In this document: piece by piece, positions 1 to 12,267 of the stretch
Layout of the letters: every line of letters starts with the position of its first letter
Position numbering within the stretch: the first letter of the stretch is position 1
Assembly (NCBI GenBank): GCA_013265495.1
Contig: MU058687.1
Coordinates: 4,090,093-4,154,092 of the forward strand
Source of the DNA: Vicugna vicugna
Taxonomy: Eukaryota
Direction: 5' to 3'
Length of the DNA stretch: 64,000 nt
The notes under the pieces: model-generated
Seen by the model: only the letters and a program-made list of their open reading frames with translations
What the model was told of the DNA's origin: nothing
The model's database searches: none
Position numbers and translations under genes: made by a program

Positions 1-520
1 TAGACTTTATTTTTTAGAGCAGTTTCAGGTTTACAGCAGAATTGAACAGAAAATACAGAGTTCGCACATAGCCCTCCCCACCCACACATATATAGTCCCC
101 TACCCTCAACACAACAACCTCAACATCCCTCATCAGTGAGGCATATTTGGTACAATTGATGAACCAACATGGACACATTATTATCAACCAAAGTCCATGG
201 TTTACATTAGGATTTACTCTTGATGTTGTACATTCTATGAGTTTTGACAAATGCATAATGACATGTAGCTGTCACTGTAGTATCATAGAGAATAATTTCA
301 TTGCCCTAAAAATCCCTTGTGCTCCATGTATTCATTCCTCCCTCCTTCCCTCTCCCCAAACCCCTGGAAACCACGATCTTTTTATTGTTTCTGTAGCTGT
401 GCCTTTTCCAGAATATCATTTGGTTGGAATCGTACAGCTTATAATAGCCTTTTCAGACTGGCTTCTTTCATTTAGTAATATGTCTTTTAAGTTTCTTCTA
501 TGTCTTTGATGGCTTGATAG
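1..520 (-). mobile_element. Old L1 3' UTR fragment (L1MC/L1MD-like)
   Basis: The sequence tttagagcagtttcaggtttacagcagaattgaacagaaaatacagagttc...ttcagactggcttctttcatttag resembles the reverse complement of ancient L1M 3' ends. The subfamily is from recall only. Confidence 0.7.
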
Positions 521-649
521 ATTTTTTTTTTACTGCATATATGTTTTTTAATTTACATATTTGTACTGCTCATTGTTTGTAAGAACATTTAGAGCTTTAG
601 CTTTTTAAACTTACATAGTTATCAAAGGAATAAAACCACAAAATAAGAA

Positions 650-1195
650 TTAACTCAAAAAGATACATATACCCTGCTATTAACAGCTACATTATTTATA
701 ATTGCTAAGATATGGAAGCATCCTAAGTGCACATCAATAGTTAAATAGATAATAGACATGCAGTATGTATGTGTGTGTGTATATATATATATACACACAC
801 ATATATATATAATGGAATACAACTCACCCATAAAAAAGAAGGATATTTTGCCATTTGCGGCCCTTCATTCACTTATTTTTTTCACTTCAAAAACCAGAAT
901 TTTATAACTGGCAGAGACATTTCCATTACATCAAAACAACAAAATACCTAGAAATAAACTTAACCAAGGAGGTTACCTATAGTCTAAAAACTGAAATGAC
1001 ACAAAGAAATGGAAAGATTTCTTGGGCTCTTAGATTGGAAGAATCAACACTATCAAAACGGCCACACTACCCAAAGCAATCCACAGATCCAACCCAACCC
1101 GCATCAAAATACTCGCAACATTCCTCACAGAACTAGAACAAACAATTCCAAAATTTATAAGAAACCACAAAAGACCCTGAGCAGCCAAAGCAGTC
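650..1195 (+). mobile_element. Two L1 ORF2 fragments in scrambled order: the 3'-terminal piece (~650-860) precedes a more 5' piece (~925-1195)
   Basis: 925-1195 encodes degenerate KYLEINLTKEV and carries acagaactagaacaaacaattccaaaatt, typical of ORF2 downstream of the RT domain. 650-860 has aagatatggaagcatcctaagtg and aatggaatacaactcacccataaaaaag, typical of the ORF2 C-terminal region. Confidence 0.8.
765..810. repeat. Compound (TG)n(TA)n(CA)n(TA)n microsatellite
   Basis: Read directly from the sequence. Confidence 0.85.
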
Positions 1196-2956
1196 TTTTG
1201 TTGGTCTCTCTCTTTTTTTTTTCTCTTTCTTCTTTTTTTCTCTTTTCTTATGGTTTGATGACTGGAGAAGTTCCTTTAACATTTGTTGTAAAGCTGGCTT
1301 GGTGGTGCTGAAGTATTTTAGCTTTTGTTTATCTGTGAAGCTTTTGATTTCTCCACCAAGTCTGAACGAGAGTCTTGCTGGATAGAGTGTTCTTGGTTGT
1401 AAGTTTCCCCCTTTCATCACTTTAAATATATTGTGCCACTTCCTTCTGGCCTATAGAGTTTCTGCTGAAAAATCAGCTGATGACCTTATGGGAGTTCCCT
1501 TGTATGTTATTCATTGCTTTTTCTCTGGCTAACTTTAATATTGTCTCCTTATCCTTAATTGTTGTCAATTTGATGACTATGTGCCTTGGTATGTTCCTGT
1601 TTGGGTTGATTCTGTGTGGTACTCTCTGCACTTCCAGGACTTGGGTGACTGTTTCTTTTCCCAAGTTGGGGAAGTCTTTGGTTATTATCTCTCCAGAAAT
1701 TTTCTCAGGTCCTTTCTCTCTCTCTTCTCTTTTTGGGACCCCTGTAATGTGAATATTAGAGCGCTTCATGTTGTCCCAGAGATCTCTTAAGCTATCCTCA
1801 CTCCTTTTTATTCTTTTTTCTGTTCTGAAGTAGTGATTTCCACTAAGCTGTCTTTTAGCTCACTGATCTGTTCTTCTGCCTCATTTAGTCTGTTCTAGTT
1901 TCCTTCTAGTGTATTGTTCATGTCAGTGATTTTATTCTTCAACTCTGTTGGGGTATTCATTATATTTTCCAACTCTTTGCTAAAAGCTTCACTCTGTGCC
2001 TCTGTACTCCTCTTGAGTTCTCTGAACATTTGGCCATCGTTACTTTAAACTACTTCTCAGATAAGCCACCTGTCTCCTTGTCACTTATTTTTTCTTCTGG
2101 GATTTTGTCTTCTGCCTTGGCCCCGTGCAGTACTCCTTTGCCGCCTCATATCTGTCTTTCTATGTGGTGGGATTATTCTTTTCTTATTTCTAGTATCTGC
2201 CCCTGGTGGATGAGGCTGGACTAGGGGCTTGTGCAGGTTTCCTGGACTAGGAGCTGGTGCCTGCCCACTGCTGGGTGGAGCTTGGTCCTGGACCTCTGGT
2301 GGGTAGGGCTGTGTCTAGAGGCCTTTGTGGCTTAGGGAATCTGCTGAAGGGTGGGGCTGTGCTCCCGCCCTGTATGTTGTTTGGCCTGAAGCTTCCCTAC
2401 AGGCTGTTGGGTGGGGCTAGGCCTTGGTGCTATGATCCAATCAAGATGTCAGCCTCCAGGAAAGCTCTTGTAGATTAACACTCCCGGAATGTCCACCACC
2501 AGCTTTTATGTCCCCTAAGTGAGTTGCAGCCATCCCCCATGTCCCTAGGAGACCCTCCAAATCCAGCAGTCAGGTCTGGCCCAGGTTCCTATGAAATCAC
2601 TGCCTCTGCCCTTGGACTGGGTGCACATGAGTTTCTATGTACGCTTCTCAAGCAAATGGAGCGTCCGTATCCCCCAGTCCCGTGAGGCTCCCAGAGCCAA
2701 GGCCCCCTGGCCTTCAAAACCAGATGTCCTGGGGTCTCCTTCTCTTCCCAATACCAGGACCTGAATTGGGGAGCCTCACGAGCACAGCCCTCCTACCGTC
2801 CTGCTGTGGTTCCCTCTTTATGTTTCCAGTTGCAGAAGATCTTTTTTGCTAGGTTCCAGACTTTTTTCGATGATTGTTTAGCATTCAGTTGTGGTTTCAT
2901 TGTAGTCGCAAGGAGAGGCGAACTCCTGGTCCTACCACTCCACCATCTTGACCCTC
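1196..2956 (-). mobile_element. L1 5' UTR plus degenerate ORF1
   Basis: Minus-strand ORFs KRSNIHITGVP...VPHRINPNRNIPRHIVIKL and NLQPRTLYPARLSFRLGGEIKSFTDKQKL...PALQQMLKELL match L1 ORF1p. The CAAGATGG 5'-end motif is on the minus strand near 2943-2950. Confidence 0.9.
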
Positions 2957-5394
2957 ACAAGGAAGATATTTCAATGAGAGCCATCTGAGGCTGCCTTCAG
3001 TCTGGGCAACCACTTTGTGGAGGTTGTAGAGGAGATTATAGCATCAAATGAGTAGGTGATTTTCTAGTTTCCTTCTAAACATAAAACCCTATAGCTCTAT
3101 AGTGAATGAGCTTTTTGGAAAGCAAGACTGAGACTGATTAATTAGACCAGGTTCATTGTGCTGAAGAGTTCCCTGATGAATCTCCAAGTCAGTTGATCAT
3201 ACATGTCCCATCAAGACTCATAGGGTTGCCCTTGTGGTAGGATTTAAGGTTCCCAGCCACTGCCATCACTTATTAGTCATTTATAATTATTTTTCTTTCC
3301 TCAGATCTTCACTGGCATCATCTCCCAAACCATTATAACCACAGCAATTATAATCATAATACCAACAATAAAGGATAACAGTTACTGAGTGCTTAATGAT
3401 GTGAATGCATGTGCAGTATGTGTCTTTGTGGCTAAGTGCCTTATATATATTCCCTAATTTAATTCTCCCAACAGACTTATGAGGTAAACTCTGTTATCAT
3501 TACTAATCTGAATTTAAAAGTAGTGAAAGTCTTGCCCAGGTCACACAGCAGGCATTGGAGTTCAGATGTAAGTACTGCCGTCATCTTGGCTCCTGCTGCT
3601 TCGCTACCAAATCGGTCAAAGGACTTGGTGGAGAATAAAAGGATAAAGCTTTTCAGGAAAAGATCGGTAATTCTGTGGTGAAACCCACTCTAGGGAATGG
3701 TCTCTCACTCCCATTTAGAGGCTTTACTTCGTTTAATCAGGCAAAAACGTGCTGCTGGGAGACTGGCTACAATTCCCTATTGCTTTCACCTTGCCGCTGA
3801 TTGTTCTGAGGGGGAGGCAGTTTTTGCTTGATTTCCCACTCTGGGCAAATTGATATTGCTCAACCTGTTAATGGAGGAATGATTTTCATTATGGGACCTG
3901 AGTGGGAAGTAGCTCCTCCTGGTATAAATGCCAAGCAGTGAAATGCCTTTGTCTTTAGATGGGTGACACATCTTTACTTTTGTTCCAGCCCAGTATTTTC
4001 TGTGAAGTTGAAGCTGTTTGCCTTTGATGCCCTCAGAAATCCAGGAAGAGGAACAGCTACCTTTTAGGCTTATTATGAATTTTCAGTCCAATTCTGGGAG
4101 TCTCTTATTTAGCTTTGCCATTTTTTTTTCTCTTCAAGATAAATTCAGTGGAACTCATTGCTTTCTAAAAATGTCACTTATTTACAGCGAATGTAATCTA
4201 CCACAACATTCCCACTGAGACAAAATCTCTTGTGTCTTCAAATGCCTCAAAGGAGACAGAAAAAGTAGTCCTTGTACACATATACCTACAGGGATAAAGT
4301 AATCATTGAGCTAATTAATTAGCAAATGTTTTTAAAAATTGCTTTGCAAATGCAAAATGACTCTGACACTAGTGTTATGTGCTTTTGTAACGTTGTGTTC
4401 CATCCTCCATGTGGACAGTGTGCCACGACTAGTTTCTGCATAAGTTTCAAGAGAGGTAGTAGGACCAGTTTTTCACTTCACAAATCATTGAAGATGTAGC
4501 ATAGGGTAGCCACCTTGCACACCAATTACCAGCCGATAAAATTCTGCTCCTCCCCTCTCCGCTATCTTCTCCCTCACCAGCCAGTATCCACAGATGGTCT
4601 ATCCCATACTTCACGGAGAAAATAGAAATGCGTTAGCTTATACTTGCTAAACTTCTCTCCTTACACTTTTAGATTTACCTTCAAAGGTAGTTACTGCTAC
4701 CTTCTTTCTTTCTGCCTCATAGGGTTAGCTCTCCTTCTCCTCTCTGGGTGTAACTGCTATTCTTTTTAGCCTCTTTTGAGATTTAGCGCCTTTAAGGAGT
4801 CCCTCCCTTTTCAGTTACGGAATATCTCCTCTTCATCTGTTTTCTATTCCCTCAGCTAGAGACATACTCAAAATCATTTTCTTGATCCTGTCTCCTGCTG
4901 AATTTTCACCTTAGCTCTTTCCTTACTTTCAGTGAAAAGCTTCTTGGATAGTTGTAGATATCTCCCATCTTCTCTTTCTCAAGGTTACTCCACACCCTTA
5001 ACAGTTACAAGCCACACCCCGAAGCACCATACCTACCATCTGCATTTGAGTAGAATTGTTTCCTGGTTTTGCCTCATTTAAGTTAGGAGTACTTTATTGT
5101 ATGCGCTCACGGCTACTCTCAGTTCTTAACTCCTTTGCATCGTAAGCACTATTGTAGTTCTTACCACATTGTATTTTAATGATCTGTGTTCATAGGTTTC
5201 CCCAACAGTATGAGCTTCTGGAAGGCAGGGACTAGGATTTTTATAGACTGAGTACTCCCTTTAAACATAGGTCCTGACACATGAATATATAGAAAATATT
5301 CTTCAAAAATTAATAAATATTTGTGAACATCAGTAATAGACTTACTGCTTTGAATTTCCGCCTTCTGCTTATATCCATTTTCTCAGTAGCATAT

Positions 5395-6170
5395 CGTTCG
5401 TTCACTTATTCATGAGAGAAGTATTCAAGGGGTCACTACTCTGTTATCACATCTCTTAAGTGTTGGGGAATGTGGTGAACGAGAGACCATGTATAAGTTC
5501 CCTGAGCTTATAGAATTCATGTTATGGTTTAGAGGAGACTAATAGTAAATGTGTAAACACCTAATTAAGATACTTTAAAGTAATGATACATGGTATGAAG
5601 GAAATAAAAGAGAAAAATGGAATAGTGAGTGGCATGGAGGCTGGGTCTCCATTATTAGACTGAGTAGTCAAGAGGAGGGCCCTCTGAGGAGGTGATAATT
5701 AAACTGGGACCTAAAATGTAAGAAAAAGCCAGCCACACAAAGATCTGGGAGAGGCTATTTCAGTCAAAGGAAGCTGAAAGAACAAAAGGACCCCAGACAA
5801 GGGAAAGTTTGGCAAGTTCAAGAAATGACAAGGATGGAGATGTAGAAAACAAACTAGAGGTTACCAGAGGGGAGTGGGAAGGAGGAAGGGCAAGTTGGGG
5901 GTCTGGGATTAAGGGATACAAATGACTGCATATAAAATAAGTAAGCAGCTTGGAAATATTGTACAGCACAGGGAGACTTATAGCTTTTATCTTGTAATAA
6001 CTTTCGATGGAGGGGAGATTTGTAAAAAATATTGAATCACTAAGCTGTACACCTGAAACTAACACGATATTGTCAATCAGCTGTACTTCAATAAAAAAAA
6101 GAGAAATGTCAGGGATACCATTTTGTCTATGGCTCAGTGAGAGAGGTGGTGAGAGGAACAAAATGTTTGT
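5395..6170 (-). mobile_element. L2 fragment (interrupted by the L1 above)
   Basis: It starts ttcgttcacttattca and includes ccctctgaggaggtgataatt...agccagccac, typical of a reverse-strand L2 3' region. Confidence 0.65.
5836..6100 (+). mobile_element. 5'-truncated L1 3' end with A-tail and target-site duplication, inserted in an L2
   Basis: It ends ctgtacacctgaaactaacacgatattgtcaatcagctgtacttcaataaaaaaaa, an artiodactyl-type L1 3' UTR. The flanks agaaatgacaaggat (5821-5835) and agaaatgtcagggat (6102-6116) are 13/15 identical. Confidence 0.88.
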
Positions 6171-7204
6171 GATTAGACATCCGGCTTTTCTTAAAAAAGT
6201 CTAAGCTAGGTATCAAGCTTACCTCCACCTCAGGGTCTTCATTTGTGGTTTGTCTCCCGTCTAGGCTGACTTTCCCTCTCCCTTTATTCCGGAGGACAAA
6301 GTGTCCCTCCAGATTTCTGAGCTCACTCGTCTAGCCTATCCTTATGTGAAACCCTTCCCTTGACCTGCACCTTCTTAAACTCAGGAAGAAAAAGAATGCT
6401 TCTTTCTCAGAGAGGGTAGGAAAAGAGGCGAAACACAGCATGGCTTTGAGGTTTAAGAAAGGAATGATGAGAAAACTCCGTAGGATGACCCATGTCCTCT
6501 CTAGAACAAGAGGAGGCACGGTGTGTCAAGTGTAGAAGATTGGAGGCCTGGTTATTTGTAGTATAGCAGGTTTAGAGCAGCTGACGCTACTATTACCCAT
6601 TCACTCAAGTGGGAAACCTCAGGGTGAGCTTTGACCTTTCCTTCCCACGCCCCTTCTTCCTCCTTGTCCTTGTTTGACTAGCCTGAAGTCCCACTGACAG
6701 TCCCCTTGTTGTGCTTCTCACTCATTTCTTCCCTTTCTGGACCATCTGCTCCCTGCCCCCTCTGCCCTGTACCCCACCTGTTGTGGTGGCATCACGGTGA
6801 GTCTTCCCACTCCGTTCTCTCTGCCCGTCTCTATGTTCTGCTGTCTGCCCCACCTTCCTTTCTGTGCTGTTCTTCTGTAGCATCCAGTGCCCACCAGGAG
6901 CGTGTGTTCTTCAGCCTCCCCCTCATGGCCTTCTGTAGTCTGGCTCCAACTTTGTTGCCACTTCCTCATCCTTCTTCTCTATATTTAACCAGAATGGCTA
7001 TTTCATCTTATCCTAAATATATGTTTTGAGTTCTTGCTTCTAAAACTTCGTTATTTGGGTCTCCCAGCCAAGATGTCACCGTTTCTCTCTGCTCTCTGAC
7101 TCTTACCCATTCTTCTAGGACTCACCTCGTCACCTCATGGCTACATGCTTGACCGATCACTGTGGGTCTTTCTCACTTCTGAGTTCCAAGCATGTGTATA
7201 CGGT

Positions 7205-7440
7205 GTGGTGTGTGGGAGGTCAGACTTTGGAGACAGGCTTCCGGATTTAAATTTTTGTTCAGCACGTACTATCTACGTGCCCCGAACAAGTTAGTGAGCT
7301 TCACTGCAACTCAATTTTTTCGTCCATAAAATGGGGTTTTTTAATAGTACCTACCTCACAGAGTTTTTAATGAGGATCAAATGAGATGATGCAGTACCAG
7401 CACATGGTAAGTGCTCTGTAAATATTAGCTGTTATTGCCA
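7205..7440. mobile_element. MIR SINE
   Basis: Contains the MIR core cataaaatgggg...taatagtacctacctcacagag...gaggatcaaatgagat. Confidence 0.75.
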
Positions 7441-8111
7441 TTTATTTGGTCCTTAAAATGCCCTGCATTTGTTAGTTTTTCTGGCAGGCATATAATCCCT
7501 TTGAGGCAGAGAGGTTTTTGTAGTTTCAGCAATGTTGTAGATACTATAGGTTTATTAATTAGAGTAGAAAGTAATTTATATCCCTCGAATGAATTTCTTG
7601 ATTTGACTGTAAAAAAGTTGATGTTTCTCCATACCATAGTTTGACCCCAATTGAAATGATTCCATCTGTAAAATCAAAATAATAATTTTTCTTTATAGAC
7701 AGTGAAAAAAAAACCAACAAGCTAATTCATGGATAGATGAAAGTTATGTGCGTGCATGAAATATGAATTCAGTGATTTCATAGCTTTAAAATTCCTGGTA
7801 ATCAAGTAATGTTGTGATGGTGTTAGCATACTTTTTCTCCATAGATGTTTTTAATGTAACAGTCCTGGTAAATGACACTGAAAATGCTAAAGGAAATACA
7901 ACTTACTTATAACATTGGGTATTGGCTTGATGATCACTGTTGTCCCTTTCAAGTCTAAAATCCTTATAAATTTTAAGTTACTTTGAAATGTCTTACAGTC
8001 CCCCTATTACATTAGCTGATTGGTTTAATGAGCTTCTGTTATGTTCCAGGCGTAGTGTCTGGAATACAAAGTGAACTGGGCACAGTTTCTTCCTTGGAAG
8101 ATCTTATAATT

Positions 8112-8618
8112 CAGGGGTTGGCAACTTTTTCTGTACAGGACCAGGTAGGTGGTTTTCCAATGGGGACAGTTTTGACTTGCGGGAACAGTTGGCACTGTCT
8201 GGAGACATTTTCAGTTGTTAAAACCAGAGTGAGGGGGTAGATGGAGCAGAGTAAAGGGTTAGTGAAGTGATGGGGTAAGAATGCTCCTGGCATTTAGTGG
8301 GTAGAGGTCAAGGCTGTCACTATCCATCCTACAGTGCAGTGCATAGGACAGTCCCACTATGGTAAAGAATTACCCAACCCCAGATATCCATAGTGCTGAG
8401 ACTGAGAGCCTCTTGGCCAGACAGTAAATACTAAGTAGATAGTTAAGGTAGGGTTTTATGGATCATAGGGTCTCTATCACAACTGCCAAACTCTGCCTTT
8501 GTACCAAGAAAGCAGCCACGAATAGTATGTAATTTAAAAAAAAAGTATGTCTGTGTTCCAATAAACTTTACTTAAATAAGCAGACTTTGGCCCCAGAACT
8601 GTGGTTTGCTGACCCCCG
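8112..8618. mobile_element. MER58A-like hAT MITE
   Basis: The termini caggggttggcaac and gtttgctgaccccc are inverted repeats. The internal ctgtgttccaataaactttac matches recalled MER58A. Confidence 0.8.
8146..8413. mobile_element. MER20-like hAT MITE nested inside MER58A
   Basis: tgtctggagacattttcagttg...ctggcatttagtgggtagaggtcaagg...aagaattacccaaccccagatatccatagtgctgag matches recalled MER20. Confidence 0.8.
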
Positions 8619-10480
8619 CTGTAGGTGACATGGTAAACAAAACCAGGTAATTACAACGCATTACAGTATATTATGCTATATGGTCAAAGTTTTCACAGGT
8701 TTACAGTAAAGTATGGGCAGTTAGCCTGACCTGAAGTATTAGAGATGGTTTCTTGAAGGATAAAGAACACAAACAGAGGTATTTGTTTTGTTTTGTTTTT
8801 GAATGAGGAGTTAGGCAAACAGAACAATTCCAGGAAAGAGGGAACAGCATTAGCTAAGAGATAAAAATGAGAACTAGCATGGTAAGTGGGGGGCACTAAT
8901 AATAAGAATACAGCAAGTAGGAGGGGTGGTGGCAGTAGTAATGATAATAGCAGCTGACATCTAGTGAGTGCTAACTGTATGCCAGGAACTCCTCTTAGTC
9001 ATTTCAGCTGTGCTAACTTGCTTCCTAGAAACAGAGCTCAGTGTGGCTGGGGTGATGTGAGATTAGGTTGGAGTTGTGTGTATGCACTGGAGCTAGGATT
9101 TTGTTCTACACGTGGGTAAAACTCGGAATGAGAAGAGCAGAGAGAAAGCAATTAGTAAGACTTATCAACTTGATTGGACGTTAAGGGCAAGGGCAGAGAG
9201 AGGTCACAAATTTCTGGCTTGGTGATGTTAACAGGATGTAGAGACACTGGAGGAGAGCCAGGCTTAATGAGGAAATGCTAAGTTGAGTTTTAAATGTGTT
9301 GTGTTGGAGGCACTTGTGTTATCTGGAATTCAGAGTCAAGTTCCGACAGTTGGGGTGGTAACTGTAACAAGAGTATAAGGAATATGGTTAAGTTAATTAA
9401 AATTGATGAGCTCAGGTAGGAGAGCACATCAAATAGAATAATGGATTAAAAAAGAAAAGGATCCTGAGAGTCACTAATATTTGAGAATAGATTGAAAAGG
9501 AAAAATTAGGGAGAAAGGAGGCGAATCTGAGAAAATGGTATCATGGAAGGCAAGAAGGTAGAAAGTTCCCAGGCTTAGTGCCAAAGAGCACTAGTAAGTT
9601 GAGAACTGCAAGAGCCATTGTAGCTGAGAATTCATGGGTCATGGGTAATTTTATTTTGCTCTTGAGTCAGAGAGACTTAATCATTTTGAAATTCAGAGGC
9701 GAAAAAGCCAGTAGAAGTGGAGAAGCTAAAGATAAAAGGCACATAAATGTTGAAACGACATCCCGGGGGATAATTCCAAACTTTTCTAAAGTATTCATTA
9801 AGTAAGGTGCATACAAGAAATCTTACCAAGAAATATTTTGTAGGTTTATTTTGAGTTGCTGTAAGTTTTGTAAAAATGAACTTTTATGTAATCTTTCAGT
9901 AATTCATGTTTTGTGGTTATGTTCTCCTTCCCTCAACTGATTAGCTCTGTCACTAGAGTACGCTGGAGTTTGGCCTTGAGGTGCTCAAGATCTATATTTT
10001 TATAATAAGATTTAAAAGCCACAGTTGTAGAACAGTAAGACTTTGGGGATATTTTTATGTGATTAATAAATGGGACACCAACCTCATAGATGTGATATTT
10101 TAAGACACCAAAGAATATCTTGAAGACAGTGTCAATTCAGTTGAGTTCAATTCAATTCAAGTCATTCATTGAACAACATGCATTTTTACTAACAGTGATA
10201 TGAGAGAATGTTGTGCTCTCAAGCAGCTTGCTATCTTACCTGTTTTGTATGTTTATTACAGAAAGGATTTACAGCAACTAAGAATGTGGTTGATGAGAAA
10301 AGACTCGCATCTAATCATGAAGAAATGTAATGAAATGCTATCATCACATGTACAATCAGTGGTATAAGCAATGGTACTTACAGGAAGGGAGAGTCTGGCA
10401 TGTACTAGAATACTGGAAACATCTCTATTTACCAGCTCTGCCTATATGGTGTTCTTATCTGGAGAGAATGTAAAGTACTC

Positions 10481-10622
10481 TTTTATTTTATTTTATTTAT
10501 TTTTTTGAGGGAGAGGAGGTAATTAGGTTTTTATTTATTTATTTTTAATGGAGGGACTGAGGATTGAACCCAGGACCTTGTGCATTCTAGGCATGCACTC
10601 TACCACTGAGAGATACCTCCCC
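10481..10622 (-). mobile_element. tRNA-derived SINE (camelid Vic-1-like)
   Basis: The reverse complement reads ggggaggtatctctcagtggtagagtgcatgcctagaatgcacaaggtcctgggttcaatcc...aaacctaattacctcc plus an A-rich tail. Possible TSD: taaagtactctt / taaagaactgtt. Confidence 0.85.
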
Positions 10623-11878
10623 TGTAACTAAAGAACTGTTAACAGAAGAACAAATAACAAGGAAGAACCAAGGGGTGATCCAAGCCATCAAAATATTGTT
10701 GGCTCCTTGAAGACAGATGGTGTCTTTCTGTCTTTGTATCTGCTAGGCCAAGGCACCTTGGCTGTCATTTATTAGATGCAGTCAGTGCTGAATTGATTAC
10801 ATTTGGCCATTGGATTAGTGCAGTGGAGGCAGGTTGGATCGTGTGCGTTGTGGGCACTCTGCAAATAATGGTGCTAATGACAAAGAGCATTAAGGTCAAG
10901 ATAAAGTGAGTGGTGAGAACTCCACCTATGAAGGACTGGGGATAAAAAAGTCCTTGTAAGAGAAGAGAAGGACAAGTGTTGGCTGTGCTCTCAGTGGGAG
11001 CTGGCCACATCCACCCGGTTCCTCCCTCCCTTATAACAATACTGATTCATAAAAACATACTTCCTATGTGAATAAATGAGCCAGTTCTCGCTTAAGATGG
11101 ACAGACAGAAAAGAAAGAAATAGTGCTTCAACCGTAGCAGTTTCTTATGAAAGAAATTTAAGGTTTAGATAAAGCTTTATGAAAAGAATAAAATGAAATC
11201 CGTAAGATTTTTGATTCTTGCCTTTAAGGGTTAATCACACCAGTGGTGGCGTTGAGAATGACTGCTCTGTGATTTTTGCTAGTTCTTAGTCCCTATGGGC
11301 AAAAAAGCATTTCTGAAAGAGATTTTGAAAATTATGGAGTCTGATAACACTGCTAGTTGGCAGGTTTTTCTCTAATGAACAGCTTATCAGTAAATGTGCT
11401 CAGTGGTTAATTACCACATTAGGGCTTATTGGCACAAAGTGTAGTAGAATGCCCGTTATCCTTATGCAAAATTGGATTTACTGCAGGTTAAATCCTGTGA
11501 CCTGAAACCGAAGTCGCCTGTCAGAAATGAACAGACCTGTGTAGTAGCCCTGCTGGGATTGGCAGTGACAAAGGACCCCAGGAGTAGGGTAAATGAGTCA
11601 AGCCTGGGTGGGTGGGACTTGCTCTTTGGAATGTCTCACATAGGCTGGTGGAGCTAACTGTGCTGCAGAGGCTGTTGGGTGTTTTTGTTTTGTTTTGATT
11701 TTGTTTTATTTTAGAGGGCAGCTAGGTGATCCAGGCCACTGTTGACACCAAGGGATGTCATCCACCAGGTGGTCTGGGGCATTTGGAGTTGTAGGATTCA
11801 GATAAAGCTGTGTTGTGGTTTCAAGAGACCTGTCCCTTTAGGGGTGTGGATCCTAAGATAAAGATTCAGATTTCCAAA

Positions 11879-12267
11879 TGTTTTCATCAGCTTAGACTGC
11901 TGTAACAAATGCCATAGACTGGGTGGCTAAACTACAGACATTTATCTGTCACAGTTCTGGAGGCCGGGAAATCTCGGGTCAAGGTTCCAGCAGATGTGAT
12001 GTTTAATGAAGGTCCTCTTCCTGGTTTGTAGATGGCTGTCTTCTTGCTGTAGTCTCACGTAGTGGAGCCATAGGTCATCTCTCTTGTGTCTTTTCTTAAA
12101 AGGACACTCATCCCATCATGAGAGCTCCACGTGGACCTCATGACTTCATTACCTTCCAAAGACCCCACCACCTAATACCATCCTAATACTGTCACACTGG
12201 GGTGGTGGCATTAGGGCTTCAACATACGACTTTGAGCTGGGGAGACACAAACATCTAGTCCATAGCA
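11879..12267 (-). mobile_element. MaLR solo LTR (MLT1A-like)
   Basis: TG...CA termini. Contains gctgtaacaaatgccatagactgggtggct...cacagttctggaggc...gagacacaaacatctagtccatagca. Confidence 0.82.
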
